This document shows, in pieces, positions 1 to 10,975 of a stretch of 64,000 nucleotides of DNA. The notes below the pieces were generated by a model. The model made no database searches. It saw nothing but the letters and a program-made list of their open reading frames with translations, and was not told the DNA's origin. The stretch lies in the NCBI RefSeq assembly GCF_030655075.1, contig NZ_JAURWE010000061.1. One strand, written 5' to 3'. Source of the stretch: Pararhizobium sp. (lineage in GTDB: Bacteria > Pseudomonadota > Alphaproteobacteria > Rhizobiales > Rhizobiaceae). Within the stretch, counting starts at the first letter, position 1; each line of letters begins with the position of its first letter. The position numbers were made by a program, and so were the translations under genes.

Positions 1-1
1 T

Positions 2-376
2 GTCGACGCCAACGGCCTGACCCGCGAACGGCTCATGCGCCAGGATGGCGCCGTCCGCCGGCTGGCCCGCGTCGAGACGATCACTCTGGAAACTGCCGCT
101 CCGAAGGGGGCTGCACAGATTGTCATCGGCGAGGCGACCGTCTGCCTGCCGCTCGGCAGCCTGATCGACCTGTCGTCCGAAAAGGCCCGCCTCGAAAAGG
201 CGGCCGTGAAGATCGAGCAGGAGCGTGAGCGCATTCTGGGCAAGCTTTCCAACGAAAGGTTCGTGGCCAATGCCAAGCCGGAGGTCGTCGAGGCCGAACG
301 CGAACGCCTGGCCGAATTCGATTCGCAAAAAGCCTCGCTGGCAATCGCACTGCAGCGTGTTCTGGAAGCAGGCTGA
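2..376 (+). CDS. valS: valyl-tRNA synthetase, C-terminal fragment (gene starts upstream of the window)
   Basis: The frame is open from the window edge. The C-terminal coiled-coil tail (EKARLEKAAVKIEQERERILGKLSNERFVANAKPEVVEAERERL) is typical of the ValRS C-terminus, and a terminator follows. Confidence 0.8.
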   Translation, partial: VDANGLTRERLMRQDGAVRRLARVETITLETAAPKGAAQIVIGEATVCLPLGSLIDLSSEKARLEKAAVKIEQERERILGKLSNERFVANAKPEVVEAERERLAEFDSQKASLAIALQRVLEAG

Positions 377-411
377 CACGCAAGCGCACGTTATACAGGT
401 AGAAATCCTCC

Positions 412-446
412 AATCCGCGCGGCCATCCGGCGCGGATTTCGTTTGT
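412..446 (+). terminator. rho-independent terminator after valS
   Basis: Stem AATCCGCGC / GCGCGGATT (412-420 pairs with 430-438), followed by the T-rich run TTCGTTTGTG. Confidence 0.7.
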
Positions 447-734
447 GTCGGAAATGCGTCGTAAAGTGGGCGCCTGTGGTGGTATGGTAACACTTCCGTG
501 AAGTCAGGGTAAATTTGCCTATGCCAACATTCTCTGCAGCGATGTGATGAAAAAATATTCTCAGAATAAGCGGGATTCGCGGCGTTTGATGAAAACTTAC
601 GTCAATTTCTGACTGACTTTTGAGCAGTGCCACGACTTATCGGCATTTGCCAAGCGCCCCATTCCTGCCGATAGTGTTTCCCACGTACGGCAATTTGATC
701 GATTGCCGCTGATTTCAAGTCCGTGGGAGGGACA

Positions 735-2003
735 ATGAACAACAATAATCTCAAGATGGGCTTGGTCCTCGCTATCGCCGGCGCTGCTTTTGCAACGTCT
801 GCTGAGGCCGGTGGCCTTGAGCGTGGCGGCTACAATATCGACCTGCTCTTCGATCCGTCGACATACGCAATTGAATCGAGCGCGACCTATGTCAATCCGC
901 AGCGTGAACTCAACAACGTTCGCGACACGATTCCGATCAATCCGCCAACAGGCGATGGCAATCTGAACAATCGCCCCTCGAACGGCATTAGTGATTCCGA
1001 AGGCTATTGGGTTCCGCGCATCGGCATGAAGGCTGGTTTCGGAGATTCAGTTGACTGCATGTTCGATTATTCGCAGCCTTGGGGTGCCCATACCAATCCG
1101 GGTGCGAACTGGGCCGGTGCGAATGACAACGTCGAAACGAAGATCAAGAGCAGCAGCTACGCCACAACCTGCTCCTATCGCTTCGATGTAGGCCCTGGGC
1201 AGTTGCGCATCATCGGCGGTGGCTTCTACCAGGAAGTCAGCGGCTTTCAGGATCGTATGGCACTCGGCAATCTGCCGGCGATTGTAGGCACGGGTATTGG
1301 CCGCTTGAATCTTGAAGGTGACGGTTGGGGCTGGCGCGCCGGCGTTGGTTACGAAATTCCAGAATATGCCGTTCGTGCAAGCCTCGTTTACAACAGCGCT
1401 GTGAAGCTGGACGACATTTCGGGCACGCTTGATCTGCGCCAGGTTCCTGCCGGAGGTACTCTTGGTAGCCGCATAACGGATGTTTACGGCTCGACAAGCA
1501 TGCCCGACTCCCTGGAATTCAAGCTTCAGACAGGCATTGCGCCTGACTGGCTGGCATTCGGTTCCGTTAAGTGGACAGACTGGAGCCAGTTGCAGAGCAT
1601 TCCATTCTGCCCGGTCAGCACCCGCGGCGTTATCGCCTGCGTGACCAGCAGCGCTGCCGAGGCGACATCGCTCGATTTGTTGTATCGGGATGGCTGGACC
1701 GTCACGGGCGGTATTGGCCACAAGTTCAACGACAAGATCAGCGGCGCCGTCAACGTGACCTGGGATCGCGGAACTTCGACGGGTCGCGGCACGCAGACCG
1801 ACACGTGGACGTTTGGCGCCGGTGTATCTTATGCTGCCACGGAAAATGTTGAATTCCGTCTTGCTGGCGCTCTCGGTGTTCTCACCTCTGGATCGTCTGG
1901 TGTGGTAACCCAGAACGGCCGCCGGTTCGGAACACGCAGCTCTTATGACTTCGGAAATGATTTCGTCGGCGCGATTTCAACATCGGTGAAAGTCAAGTTC
2001 TGA
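735..2003 (+). CDS. outer-membrane beta-barrel transport protein, OmpP1/FadL/TodX-like
   Basis: GGGAGG SD precedes the ATG at 735. Signal peptide MNNNNLKMGLVLAIAGAAFATSAEA; glycine/aromatic-rich alternating beta pattern; C-terminal ...SVKVKF with a terminal Phe typical of OMPs. Confidence 0.7.
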   Translation: MNNNNLKMGLVLAIAGAAFATSAEAGGLERGGYNIDLLFDPSTYAIESSATYVNPQRELNNVRDTIPINPPTGDGNLNNRPSNGISDSEGYWVPRIGMKAGFGDSVDCMFDYSQPWGAHTNPGANWAGANDNVETKIKSSSYATTCSYRFDVGPGQLRIIGGGFYQEVSGFQDRMALGNLPAIVGTGIGRLNLEGDGWGWRAGVGYEIPEYAVRASLVYNSAVKLDDISGTLDLRQVPAGGTLGSRITDVYGSTSMPDSLEFKLQTGIAPDWLAFGSVKWTDWSQLQSIPFCPVSTRGVIACVTSSAAEATSLDLLYRDGWTVTGGIGHKFNDKISGAVNVTWDRGTSTGRGTQTDTWTFGAGVSYAATENVEFRLAGALGVLTSGSSGVVTQNGRRFGTRSSYDFGNDFVGAISTSVKVKF

Positions 2004-2021
2004 TCTCATCATCTAATGTCT

Positions 2022-2048
2022 AAAAGCCCGGGAAACCGGGCTTTTTTT
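2022..2048 (+). terminator. rho-independent terminator after the OMP gene
   Basis: GCCCGG-GAAA-CCGGGC hairpin followed by T7. Confidence 0.85.
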
Positions 2049-2468
2049 GTGACTGGTCCTCTGCGTAAAATTGCAACCCACCCCTGAGATTTGTGACGAT
2101 TCAGCAACACATTCGACTCTATAATTGTCCGGTGGAGAGAGCACTCGGAACTATGTCCATTTCCCGCCACAAAGGGAGCGCACCGGAGAGGCCAAGCAAG
2201 CGCGCATTCACGATGACCGGCGGCGTTTGAGGGAAAAATGAGTTTCTATACTGTTGAAAAGGCGAAGTTTCCGGATGATTCACATGTTGACTGGCCCGAT
2301 TGCATGAACGCCAGAACCTCCGGTCGTACTCTTGCCGAAAACAGGGACTACACCTTTGCCGACAGCGAGAGCGACGCCTCTCAGCGCCGGTCTCATGTCG
2401 GAAAGTTTGGCCGGTCGATTGCCAAGAGCGCGGCGCGAAGCAGCGTAGAGTGGAAGAAAAGCACTGCC

Positions 2469-3275
2469 ATGATTGCCCGCACAGAGTTCAACGCGTTGAA
2501 GGTTTCGCTGGTCGTCTTTTCGATTGCCCTCGGTGGCACGGTCGGGACCGCTTCCGCTTTCGACCCGCAGGCAGGCGTGACCCGCGAATCCGGCCCGTTC
2601 GATCTCTTCAAATTCGGTTTCTCGGCCTACAAGAAGGGCCGCAAGGACGAGGCCGTCGAGGCCTATCGCTATGCCGCCGAAAAGGGCCACACCGGTTCGC
2701 GCTGGGCGCTGGCCAACATGTACCAGACCGGCGACGGCGTCGCCGAGGATGACCTGGAAGCCTTCAAGATCTACAGCGAGATTGCCCAGCAGGGCGTCGA
2801 GCCGGGCTCGGAAGACACCGGCTACTTCGTCAATGCCCTGATGTCGCTCGCCAACTATTACCGCCGCGGCATTCCGCAGAGCCCGGTCAATGTCGACCTC
2901 AGCAGCGCGCGCCAGCTCTATTTCCAGGCCGCCTCGACCTTTGGCGTCGCCGAAGCGCAGTTTCAGCTCGCCCGGATGATCCTGGCAGGCGAGGGTGGCA
3001 GCGCCGACGTGCAGCAGGCCAAGAAATGGCTGAACCGCGCCCGCAAGAAGGGCCACGCCGGCGCCATGGGCGTCTTCGGCAGCGTGATCTTCGAAGAGGG
3101 CCAGCGTGTGCGCGGTCTCGCCTTCATGACGGCCGCCCTCGACCAGTGTGCACCGAAGGATCGTCCCTGGCTCCAGGATCTTCAGGAGCAGGCGTTCTCG
3201 CTCTCCAACGAGGATGACCGCCGCGTGGCAATCTCGCTCGCCCAGCAGATGCACACGGGCACCGCTGCCGAATAG
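2469..3275 (+). CDS. exoR: periplasmic Sel1-repeat regulator ExoR (inhibitor of ExoS/ChvG-ChvI signalling)
   Basis: 268 aa from the ATG at 2469. Signal peptide, then GVTRESGPFDLFKFGFSAYKKGRKDEAVEAYRYAAEKGHTGSRWALANMY...AKKWLNRARKKGHAGAM, close to my recollection of the rhizobial ExoR sequence. Sel1 repeats are present. Confidence 0.88.
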   Translation: MIARTEFNALKVSLVVFSIALGGTVGTASAFDPQAGVTRESGPFDLFKFGFSAYKKGRKDEAVEAYRYAAEKGHTGSRWALANMYQTGDGVAEDDLEAFKIYSEIAQQGVEPGSEDTGYFVNALMSLANYYRRGIPQSPVNVDLSSARQLYFQAASTFGVAEAQFQLARMILAGEGGSADVQQAKKWLNRARKKGHAGAMGVFGSVIFEEGQRVRGLAFMTAALDQCAPKDRPWLQDLQEQAFSLSNEDDRRVAISLAQQMHTGTAAE

Positions 3276-3286
3276 GCAATCAGCGT

Positions 3287-4078
3287 TCAGGCAGTGAAGG
3301 CGAAATGTGCCACGACCGGCACATGGTCCGACGGCTTTTCCCAGGCCCGCACGTGTTTCTCCACGTCGGCCGACACGAGCCTGTCGGCAGCCTCGGCCGA
3401 CAGCATCAAATGATCGATGCGAATGCCGAAGTTCTTCGGCCAGGCGCCACCCTGATAATCCCAGAACGTATAGCGCGGCGCCGCATCGGACGTCGCCCGG
3501 ATCGCATCGGTAAAGCCGAGGTTTTCCAAGAGCCGGAAGGCGTGGCGGGTCTGCGGCAGGAACAGCGCGTCGTGCTGCCAGACCTTCGGGTCCCAGCAAT
3601 CGTGTGGCTCGGGAATGACATTGTAGTCGCCGGCGAGGATCAGCGGCTCTTCCAGCGCCAGACGCGCCTCGGCAAAGGTCCGCAACCGTTCCATCCAGGC
3701 CAGCTTGTAGGGATATTTCACCGGATCGTCGGACGGGTTGCCGTTCGGCAGATAGAGCGAGCAGACCCGAATGACGCCGCTCTCGACCGAGAAGACACCC
3801 TCAATGAACCGCGACTGCTCGTCGACGTCATTGCCGGGCAGTCCGCGATTGACCTCGTCGGGCCTGATCTTCGACAGAAGTGCGACGCCGTTGAAACCCT
3901 TCTGGCCATGGGTCTCGATGTAATAGCCGAGCGCCTCGATCTCCTCGCGCGGAAACCCTTCGTCCACCGTCTTGATTTCTTGCAGGCAGACGATGTCCGG
4001 ATTGGATTCCTTCAGCCAGGCGACGAGGTTGTCGATGCGGGCCCTGACGCCGTTGATGTTCCAGGTGGCGATCTTCAT
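3287..4078 (-). CDS. xthA: exodeoxyribonuclease III
   Basis: MKIATWNINGVRARIDNLVAWLKESNPDIVCLQEIK...SDHVPV. This is the canonical EEP/ExoIII signature. Confidence 0.9.
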   Translation of the reverse strand: MKIATWNINGVRARIDNLVAWLKESNPDIVCLQEIKTVDEGFPREEIEALGYYIETHGQKGFNGVALLSKIRPDEVNRGLPGNDVDEQSRFIEGVFSVESGVIRVCSLYLPNGNPSDDPVKYPYKLAWMERLRTFAEARLALEEPLILAGDYNVIPEPHDCWDPKVWQHDALFLPQTRHAFRLLENLGFTDAIRATSDAAPRYTFWDYQGGAWPKNFGIRIDHLMLSAEAADRLVSADVEKHVRAWEKPSDHVPVVAHFAFTA

Positions 4079-4208
4079 CGGCGGTCCGTCCTTCGGGCAT
4101 GAATGTATAGAAATTCGGTTCTAGCCGCTTCCAAATGCGCCGTCAAAAACATAAAGCGCCGCCGGGCAGGGCCGGGCAGCGCTCTGAAGAAACGTGAATT
4201 TCTGGCGG

Positions 4209-4544
4209 TCAGACCGAGAAGCTGGTTCCGCAGCCGCAGCTGGCGATCGCGTTCGGATTCTTGATCTGGAACGACTGTCCGAGCAGGTTGTCGACGAAAT
4301 CGATTTCCGAGCCGCCCATATAGACCAGGGACATCTGGTCGATCAGCACCGTGGCCTCGCCCTTTTCCAGCACGATATCATCGGCCTCGGGGGCCGCGAC
4401 CAGATCGAATTTATAGGAAAAGCCCGAGCAGCCGCCGCCTTCGACGGACACGCGCATGGCTGTCTTGGCCGTGTCGGTGCTCAAAATGGCGGCGATCCGC
4501 TTGGCAGCGGAATCGGAAATGGTCACTGTCGTCTCGGTCATCAT
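4209..4544 (-). CDS. erpA: HesB/IscA/ErpA-family iron-sulfur cluster insertion protein
   Basis: AGGAGG SD before ATGATG at 4544. Motifs GGCSGFSY and C-terminal CGCGTSF. The longer ORF-track start (4604) has no SD. Confidence 0.8.
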   Translation of the reverse strand: MMTETTVTISDSAAKRIAAILSTDTAKTAMRVSVEGGGCSGFSYKFDLVAAPEADDIVLEKGEATVLIDQMSLVYMGGSEIDFVDNLLGQSFQIKNPNAIASCGCGTSFSV

Positions 4545-4755
4545 ACCTCCTGCCGGGTTCAAGAACCGGAGAGATTCGGGGTTTATTGTGCAAGCCCGGT
4601 GCACCGGACCTCAAAGCGGCGCGAGCGCCGAATGTCAAATCCCTGTTTTCATTGGGACTTAACCTGCGACGCGCGGTGCACTTTCCTGCACTGTCCACTA
4701 TAGGTATGAATGGTTTAAGGCTGCGTCAATGGGCAGCGTCAGGAACAGGCAGGCA

Positions 4756-5973
4756 ATGACTTTCGACAGACATGCATTGGGTTTCGGCTTTTCGGCGCGC
4801 GCCGTCTTCGCGTCTGATCCCTGGGCGACACGCGGACGGCTCTATCCGGAAACGGCAAGCCCGACCCGGTCGGATTTTCAGCGCGACCGCGACCGGATCG
4901 TCCACACGACAGCCTTTCGCCGCCTCAAACACAAGACCCAGGTGTTCATCGCCCATGAGGGCGACCATTACCGCACCCGCCTGACCCATACGATCGAGGT
5001 CGCCCAGATCGCCCGGGCGCTGGCCCGTGCTCTCCGGCTGGACGAGGATCTGGCCGAAGGCGTGGCGCTGGTGCATGATTTCGGCCACACGCCCTTCGGC
5101 CACACCGGCGAGGATGCGCTGCATGAGCTGCTGAAGCCCTATGGCGGTTTCGATCACAATGCCCAGTCGCTGCGCATCGTCACCAAGCTCGAGCGCCGCT
5201 ACGCCGAGTATGACGGCATCAACCTGACCTGGGAGAGCCTGGAAGGGCTCGTCAAGCACAATGGCCCGCTGCTGGACAAGGAAGGCAAGGGAACGCGCGG
5301 ACCGGTGCCGCAGCCAATTCTCGACTATTGCGCCGTCCATGACCTCGAGATCGGCACCTATGCCAGTTTGGAGGCGCAGGTCGCCGCCATTGCCGACGAC
5401 ATCGCCTATAACACCCATGACATTGATGACGGCCTGCGCTCGGGCTATCTCAATTTCGATATGCTGGAGGACATTCCGTTTCTGGCGGGCCTGATGAAAG
5501 AGGTGCGCGACCGCTATCCGGGCCTAGAGGCCGGCCGCTTCACCCATGAGATCATGCGCCGCCAGATCACCGCCATGGTCGAGGATGTGATATCAGTGGC
5601 GCAGGCGCGGCTGACCGAGGTCAAGCCCGAATGCGCCCAGGATATCCGCAATGCCGACCGGATGATCGCGACCTTCACGCAGGCGATGTCCGAAACCGAC
5701 CGGCTGATCAAAAAGATGCTGTTTACCCGCATCTACCGCCATCCGGATGTGATGACGATCCGCGCCAATGCCGCCTCCATCGTCGTCGATCTCTACAAGG
5801 CCTTCATGAGCGACCCGCAGCTGATGCAGGGGCACTACTGGGTGGACCACATCGCCGAGATGCCGGAACCGGTCAAGGCCCGCCATGTCGGCGACTATCT
5901 GGCTGGAATGACCGACACATTCGCCATCAGTGTGCACAAGCGCTTGTTTGACCACACTCCGGAATTGCGTTAG
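4756..5973 (+). CDS. dgt: dGTP triphosphohydrolase-like HD-domain protein
   Basis: [26 protein letters not shown]...[15 protein letters not shown]...[12 protein letters not shown] is the HD/dGTPase family signature. The start is chosen at [11 protein letters not shown]. Confidence 0.85.
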   Translation: MTFDRHALGFGFSARAVFASDPWATRGRLYPETASPTRSDFQRDRDRIVHTTAFRRLKHKTQVFIAHEGDHYRTRLTHTIEVAQIARALARALRLDEDLAEGVALVHDFGHTPFGHTGEDALHELLKPYGGFDHNAQSLRIVTKLERRYAEYDGINLTWESLEGLVKHNGPLLDKEGKGTRGPVPQPILDYCAVHDLEIGTYASLEAQVAAIADDIAYNTHDIDDGLRSGYLNFDMLEDIPFLAGLMKEVRDRYPGLEAGRFTHEIMRRQITAMVEDVISVAQARLTEVKPECAQDIRNADRMIATFTQAMSETDRLIKKMLFTRIYRHPDVMTIRANAASIVVDLYKAFMSDPQLMQGHYWVDHIAEMPEPVKARHVGDYLAGMTDTFAISVHKRLFDHTPELR

Positions 5974-6042
5974 TCACCCGGCCAATCCACGTTAGCGCCG
6001 CAGTACGGCCCCCCACTCATCGCTTCCAGCGGGATGGACACT

Positions 6043-7803
6043 ATGAACCTGTTTACGGACTTCGCTTCCAGAATTAAAAAGACACTGGAAGAAATTGATA
6101 TCATAAAAGAAAAAAGAGCAGAGCTGGATTTCGACCGCATCACGCTCGAGCCGCCGCGCGACCAGAGCCATGGCGATATCGCCACCAATGCGGCGATGGT
6201 TCTGGCCAAGCCGCTCGGCACGAATCCGCGTGCGCTTGCCGATATCATTGCCGGAATGCTGAAGCGGGATCCCGATATCGAGGATGTCTCCGTTGCCGGT
6301 CCGGGCTTCATCAACGTCAAGCTGTCGGTTGCCTATTGGCAGCGTGTGCTGGTGTCGATCGTCGATGCGGGCACGGATTACGGCCGTGGAAATCTCGGCC
6401 GTGGCCGCAAGGCCAATGTCGAATATGTCTCCGCCAACCCGACCGGCCCGATGCATGTCGGCCATTGCCGTGGCGCCGTCGTTGGCGACACGCTGGCCAA
6501 TTTGCTTGCCTATGCCGGCTTTGCCGTGACCAAGGAATATTACATCAACGACGCCGGCTCGCAGATCGACGTGCTCGCGCGCTCTGTGTTCCTGCGCTAC
6601 CGCGAGGCACTCGGCGAAAAGATCGGCGAAATCCCGGCGGGTCTCTATCCGGGCGACTACCTCGTTCCTGTCGGCAAGCTGCTGGCCGATGAATATGGCA
6701 CGAGCCTGCGCGGCATGCCGGAGGAACGCTGGATGCCGATCATCAAGGATAAGGCGATCGCCGCCATGATGGACATGATCCGCGACGATCTCGCCGCGCT
6801 CAACGTCGTCCACGAGGTGTTTTATTCCGAGCGCACGCTGCATGAGAACGGCGCCGTGCCGATCCGGACTGCCATCAACGACCTGACCTTCAAGGGCCAC
6901 GTCTACAAGGGAACGCTGCCGCCGCCGAAGGGCCAGCTGCCCGAGGATTGGGAAGACCGCGAGCAGACGCTGTTCCGCTCGACCGAGGTCGGCGACGATA
7001 TCGACCGGCCGCTGATCAAGTCGGATGGCAGCTACACCTACTTTGCCGCCGACGTTGCCTATTTCAAGGACAAGTTCGATCGCGGTTTCGACGAGATGAT
7101 CTATGTGCTTGGCGCCGACCACGGCGGCTACGTCAAGCGGCTGGAAGCGGTCGCCCGGGCGGTGTCTGACGGCAAGTCGAAGCTGACCGTGCTTCTGTGC
7201 CAGCTGGTCAAGCTTTACCGCGATGGCGAGCCTGTGAAAATGTCGAAACGGTCGGGCGATTTCGTCACGCTGCGGGAAGTCGTCGATGAGGTCGGCCGCG
7301 ATTCGGTGCGCTTCATGATGATCTATCGTAAGAGTTCCGAACCGCTGGACTTCGATTTCGCCAAAGTAACGGAACAGTCGAAAGACAATCCGGTCTTCTA
7401 TGTCCAGTATGCGCACGCACGCTGCCAGTCGGTCTTCCGCCAGGCGCTGGAAGCCTTTCCGGATCTCGACCTGTCGCAGGTCAGCCTGTCGGCCGGTCTT
7501 GGCGCAAGAATTAGCGATTCTAACGAGTTGCAGCTTGTCGCCAAGCTGGCAGAATACCCGCGCCTGATCGAGGCTGCTGCCTTGGCGCAGGAGCCGCACC
7601 GGGTGGCATTCTACCTCTATGATCTTGCCAGCGCCTTCCATGGACACTGGAATAAGGGTAAAGAACTGACAGAGTTACGGTTTGTTAACGATAAAAACAG
7701 AGAATTGACCATTGCCAGACTTGGGTTGGTCTATGCCGTCGCCTCCGTTTTGAAGTCGGGCCTGTCGATTACAGGCACCGCCGCACCGGACGAAATGCGA
7801 TAG
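6043..7803 (+). CDS. argS: arginyl-tRNA synthetase
   Basis: Class I motifs [12 protein letters not shown] and MSKRSG (KMSKS-like); length about 586 aa. Confidence 0.95.
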   Translation: MNLFTDFASRIKKTLEEIDIIKEKRAELDFDRITLEPPRDQSHGDIATNAAMVLAKPLGTNPRALADIIAGMLKRDPDIEDVSVAGPGFINVKLSVAYWQRVLVSIVDAGTDYGRGNLGRGRKANVEYVSANPTGPMHVGHCRGAVVGDTLANLLAYAGFAVTKEYYINDAGSQIDVLARSVFLRYREALGEKIGEIPAGLYPGDYLVPVGKLLADEYGTSLRGMPEERWMPIIKDKAIAAMMDMIRDDLAALNVVHEVFYSERTLHENGAVPIRTAINDLTFKGHVYKGTLPPPKGQLPEDWEDREQTLFRSTEVGDDIDRPLIKSDGSYTYFAADVAYFKDKFDRGFDEMIYVLGADHGGYVKRLEAVARAVSDGKSKLTVLLCQLVKLYRDGEPVKMSKRSGDFVTLREVVDEVGRDSVRFMMIYRKSSEPLDFDFAKVTEQSKDNPVFYVQYAHARCQSVFRQALEAFPDLDLSQVSLSAGLGARISDSNELQLVAKLAEYPRLIEAAALAQEPHRVAFYLYDLASAFHGHWNKGKELTELRFVNDKNRELTIARLGLVYAVASVLKSGLSITGTAAPDEMR

Positions 7804-7867
7804 TATTGTCACCATTTCCCCACATTGCACTGGCAAGAAGCGCCTTAGTAGTTGTGAGTGGAGAAGC

Positions 7868-10800
7868 ATGGCAGACAAACAATTCGCACGCAGCGGGACT
7901 TCGGATTTCGACATCTCCGTAGACGATCCACTTGCCGAACTGGCAAGGATTGTCGGGTATGAAGAAAAGCCGCCCGCAACGCAGCGCGACCTGGAGCCTG
8001 CCAGGACACCGGTCGCCGTCCGCCGCGAGCCCGTCTTCGCCCTCGAAGACGAACTCATGCAGGCTTTCGAAACCTACGAGGCGCCCCGTTTCGATCCGGT
8101 GAAGACCGTTTCGGCACGTCTTGCCGAAAGCGCTCCCGACATCGAGCCGGTTGCGGATGTCGAAGAGCCGCGTTTTGCCGCTGAACCGGAAGCTGAACCC
8201 GAAGAACTGGCCTACGAAGAGTTGGCCGAAGATTTCCCGGAAGACGTTGCTGTTGAGGCTGTAGAAGCCACGGCAGTGCCAGCCGTTGAGGCCGAGCCGG
8301 TTGAAGAAGCCGCGTTCGACGTGTCCGCCGATCTCGAACACGAACTCGAGCTGTCGATCGGTCATGCGCCTGAAGACGATATCGCCTGGGAAGCCTATGA
8401 GGCCTCTCAGGCTGCCGTTAGTGCTGCGGAGCCGGAACAGGCTGCCGAGCGCGTCCAGGACGAGCCTGTAGCCCAGGAAGACCTCTACGCTGCCCTGCCT
8501 GCCTTCGAAGTCTCTGCCGGGGAAGAGCCTCTGGCTGACGAACCTGTGGCCGTCCCTGCCTTTGTCGAGCCGGTAGAAGCTGCCGCGCAGGAGCGGGTTG
8601 AAACCCGGGCCGCCTGGTCGGATATTGATGAGCTGCTTGAAGAGGTCGAGCGGTTTCCGGTTCCTCCCACCAAGAACAACCCTGTGCTTGAGGTCGCCGT
8701 ACCTGCAGCACAGCCCGCCGAGCAGGCCCGAAAGATCAACTACCCGTTCACGCCGACCTTCGGCCGCGCCACACCGGTTGTCTCCGCTGCAGGTGGATCA
8801 AGCTCCGCATTTGCCACACCGATCCCGCAGCACACGCCGCGTGCCATCGAGCAGCCAGCGGTCGAGACTGTGGCAAACGTGCAAACAGGCTCCGTCGAGC
8901 CCGAATACAACGCCGAAGATGCAAGCTTCGTTTCTGACGGCCTGCCGCTGGAAACCGCAGTGCCGGACGAGCAGGAACCTTTGGACCTGCAGTCCGCTGC
9001 AGAAGAACCCGATTTCGATCTCGACAATTTCGAGCTTGAACTGTCCGACATCGAGCTTGATGTCGATGCCGGCGAATTCGAAATGAGTTCGGAAGAGGAT
9101 TTCTCCGAGCAGCCGGTGGTCTTGGCCGAACAGTCGGTCAACCGGCAGCCGGCAGCTGAAACGGTTTTTGATCCGCACGAATTCGGCGCCGCCAGCGAGC
9201 CCGCTGTTGTCGAGCCGCTGCCTTTCGATCCGACGATGATCACGACAACCGAAGAGGCGGTTCAGACAATCGCCGAGATGAATGTGCCGCAGCTGCCCGT
9301 TGCCGAGAAGGAACAGGCCTACCGTTCGGATTACGACCTCGATATCGATGCCGAAATCGGCCAGCTTTTCAAGGATACGGCGGCCGTCTCGGATGCTGTC
9401 GTTGTCCCGGCTGCCGCTGCCAGTGCTAACGACTATTTCCCGGATCCGGTCTGGGCTGCCGCCTCGCAGCGTGTCGAGCGCAAGCAGAGCCAGGATGCTG
9501 ATGCGCTGGATGATTTCGAGCGCGCTCTGGAAGAGGATTTCCGCCGGTCGCTCAGCGAGCCGCGCCAGCAGCGTCCGGTCGATGATTCGGCCGACTACGC
9601 CGACGTTGCGACTTTGCCCTCCGACGGACGTTACGATGGCCGCCGATGGATGCCTGCCGGCGTGATAGCGCTGGGCATCGTTGCCGTGCTGGCCCTCGGT
9701 GGCGGTGTCTATGCCTTCATGGGCAGCAGCGAAACCGCATCGAGCGACGGTCCGCAAATTATTCTCGCCGACAAGACGCCCACCAAGATCGTTCCGGAAG
9801 AAAAGGGCGGCAAGACCGTTCCGAACCAGGACAAGGCCGTTTACGACCGCGTCGCCGGCAACCAGAACGTCGATCCGTCGCAAAAGGCGCTGGTCTCGAG
9901 CGTCGAAGAGCCGGTCGACGTCGTTCAGCGCACGCTGACGCCGGAAGCCTTGCCGCTCGAAGGCGCCAATGACGATGCGGATGCGGGAGCTTCGGCCTTT
10001 GACAGCGAAGCCGGCGAGCGGCTTCTGCCGAATGCCGAAAATGCCGACACCAAGTTGGACGAGCAGAAGCCCGGCGTCGCACCCCGCAAGGTCCGCACCA
10101 TGGTGGTCAAGCCGGACGGCACGCTGGTTGCGCGCGAGGAAATCGTGACGCAGCCAGTGACCGAAGACGCAAAGCTTCCCGCTGAGACGGCCAATGCCAC
10201 ACGCGGGGTTGAACCCCTCGACACATCGGTCGCCGTTAGTGAGAAGCCGGTAACCGGAACGGTTGCGGCTGACAAGATTGCCGCTGACAAGCTTGCTGCC
10301 GATAAGGCTGCTGCGCAGAAAACCGCCGAAACGCCTGTCGTTGCCGAAGCTGAAACCGAACTGCGCCCGATCGAGGACACGCCCGCTGAGGCCACGGCGA
10401 AAGCTCTGGCGGAGGCCGCAGATACTACGGTCGAAGGCACCGCGCCGGTCCGCGCCGTTAAGACCACGACGATCAGCGAAAAGGCGCCGATTCCGGAAAC
10501 CCGCCCGGTCGATCAGCCTGTCACCGTCGTCGGCACCGTGACGGATCAGGGCAACGTTTCCAACAAGGTGACGACCACGCCGGTGGCCGACACGGAAGTG
10601 GCCACTGCCGCTGCCGAGACCCAACAGGTGGCTGCGGTGAGCCCCGGCGGCTACGTCATGCAGATCGCCTCGCTGCCGTCTGCAGGCGACGCCCAGGCAT
10701 CCTATAGCAACCTGTCGAAAAAATTCGGCAGCGTCATCGGCGGTCGTGGTGTTGATATCCGCGAAGCCAATATCCCGAACAAGGGTACATTCTATCGGGT

Positions 10801-10888
10801 CCGCATTCCGGCAGGCTCACGCGAAGAAGCCAATGCACTCTGCACACGCTACAAGAAAGCCGGCGGCAGTTGCCTCGTGACGAAATAA
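7868..10888 (+). CDS. large acidic membrane-anchored SPOR-domain protein
   Basis: 1006 aa: a very acidic, low-complexity N-terminal part, one TM segment (WMPAGVIALGIVAVLALGGGVYAF), and a C-terminal SPOR domain (GGYVMQIASLPSAGDAQASYSNLSKKFG...FYRVRIPAGSREEANALCTRYKKAGGSC). It may correspond to the rhizobial septation/growth SPOR protein class (unverified). Confidence 0.8.
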   Translation: MADKQFARSGTSDFDISVDDPLAELARIVGYEEKPPATQRDLEPARTPVAVRREPVFALEDELMQAFETYEAPRFDPVKTVSARLAESAPDIEPVADVEEPRFAAEPEAEPEELAYEELAEDFPEDVAVEAVEATAVPAVEAEPVEEAAFDVSADLEHELELSIGHAPEDDIAWEAYEASQAAVSAAEPEQAAERVQDEPVAQEDLYAALPAFEVSAGEEPLADEPVAVPAFVEPVEAAAQERVETRAAWSDIDELLEEVERFPVPPTKNNPVLEVAVPAAQPAEQARKINYPFTPTFGRATPVVSAAGGSSSAFATPIPQHTPRAIEQPAVETVANVQTGSVEPEYNAEDASFVSDGLPLETAVPDEQEPLDLQSAAEEPDFDLDNFELELSDIELDVDAGEFEMSSEEDFSEQPVVLAEQSVNRQPAAETVFDPHEFGAASEPAVVEPLPFDPTMITTTEEAVQTIAEMNVPQLPVAEKEQAYRSDYDLDIDAEIGQLFKDTAAVSDAVVVPAAAASANDYFPDPVWAAASQRVERKQSQDADALDDFERALEEDFRRSLSEPRQQRPVDDSADYADVATLPSDGRYDGRRWMPAGVIALGIVAVLALGGGVYAFMGSSETASSDGPQIILADKTPTKIVPEEKGGKTVPNQDKAVYDRVAGNQNVDPSQKALVSSVEEPVDVVQRTLTPEALPLEGANDDADAGASAFDSEAGERLLPNAENADTKLDEQKPGVAPRKVRTMVVKPDGTLVAREEIVTQPVTEDAKLPAETANATRGVEPLDTSVAVSEKPVTGTVAADKIAADKLAADKAAAQKTAETPVVAEAETELRPIEDTPAEATAKALAEAADTTVEGTAPVRAVKTTTISEKAPIPETRPVDQPVTVVGTVTDQGNVSNKVTTTPVADTEVATAAAETQQVAAVSPGGYVMQIASLPSAGDAQASYSNLSKKFGSVIGGRGVDIREANIPNKGTFYRVRIPAGSREEANALCTRYKKAGGSCLVTK

Positions 10889-10920
10889 TCGTCCGACGGC
10901 TTGGACGCACATAAACAAAC

Positions 10921-10957
10921 AAAGGCCCGAAGAGCGATCTTCGGGCCTTTTACTTTT
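10921..10957. terminator. bidirectional terminator between the SPOR gene and the patatin gene
   Basis: AAAGGCCCGAAG / CTTCGGGCCTTT 12-bp stem flanked by A and T runs. Confidence 0.8.
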
Positions 10958-10975
10958 AGGAAATTGCAGCGCTGT

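Noticed and set aside
2238-2468. A 77-codon N-terminal extension of exoR in the ORF track.
   Set aside because: ExoR family proteins start with the signal peptide. The Met at 2469 gives the expected 268 aa, and the extension has no similarity to anything and no SD.
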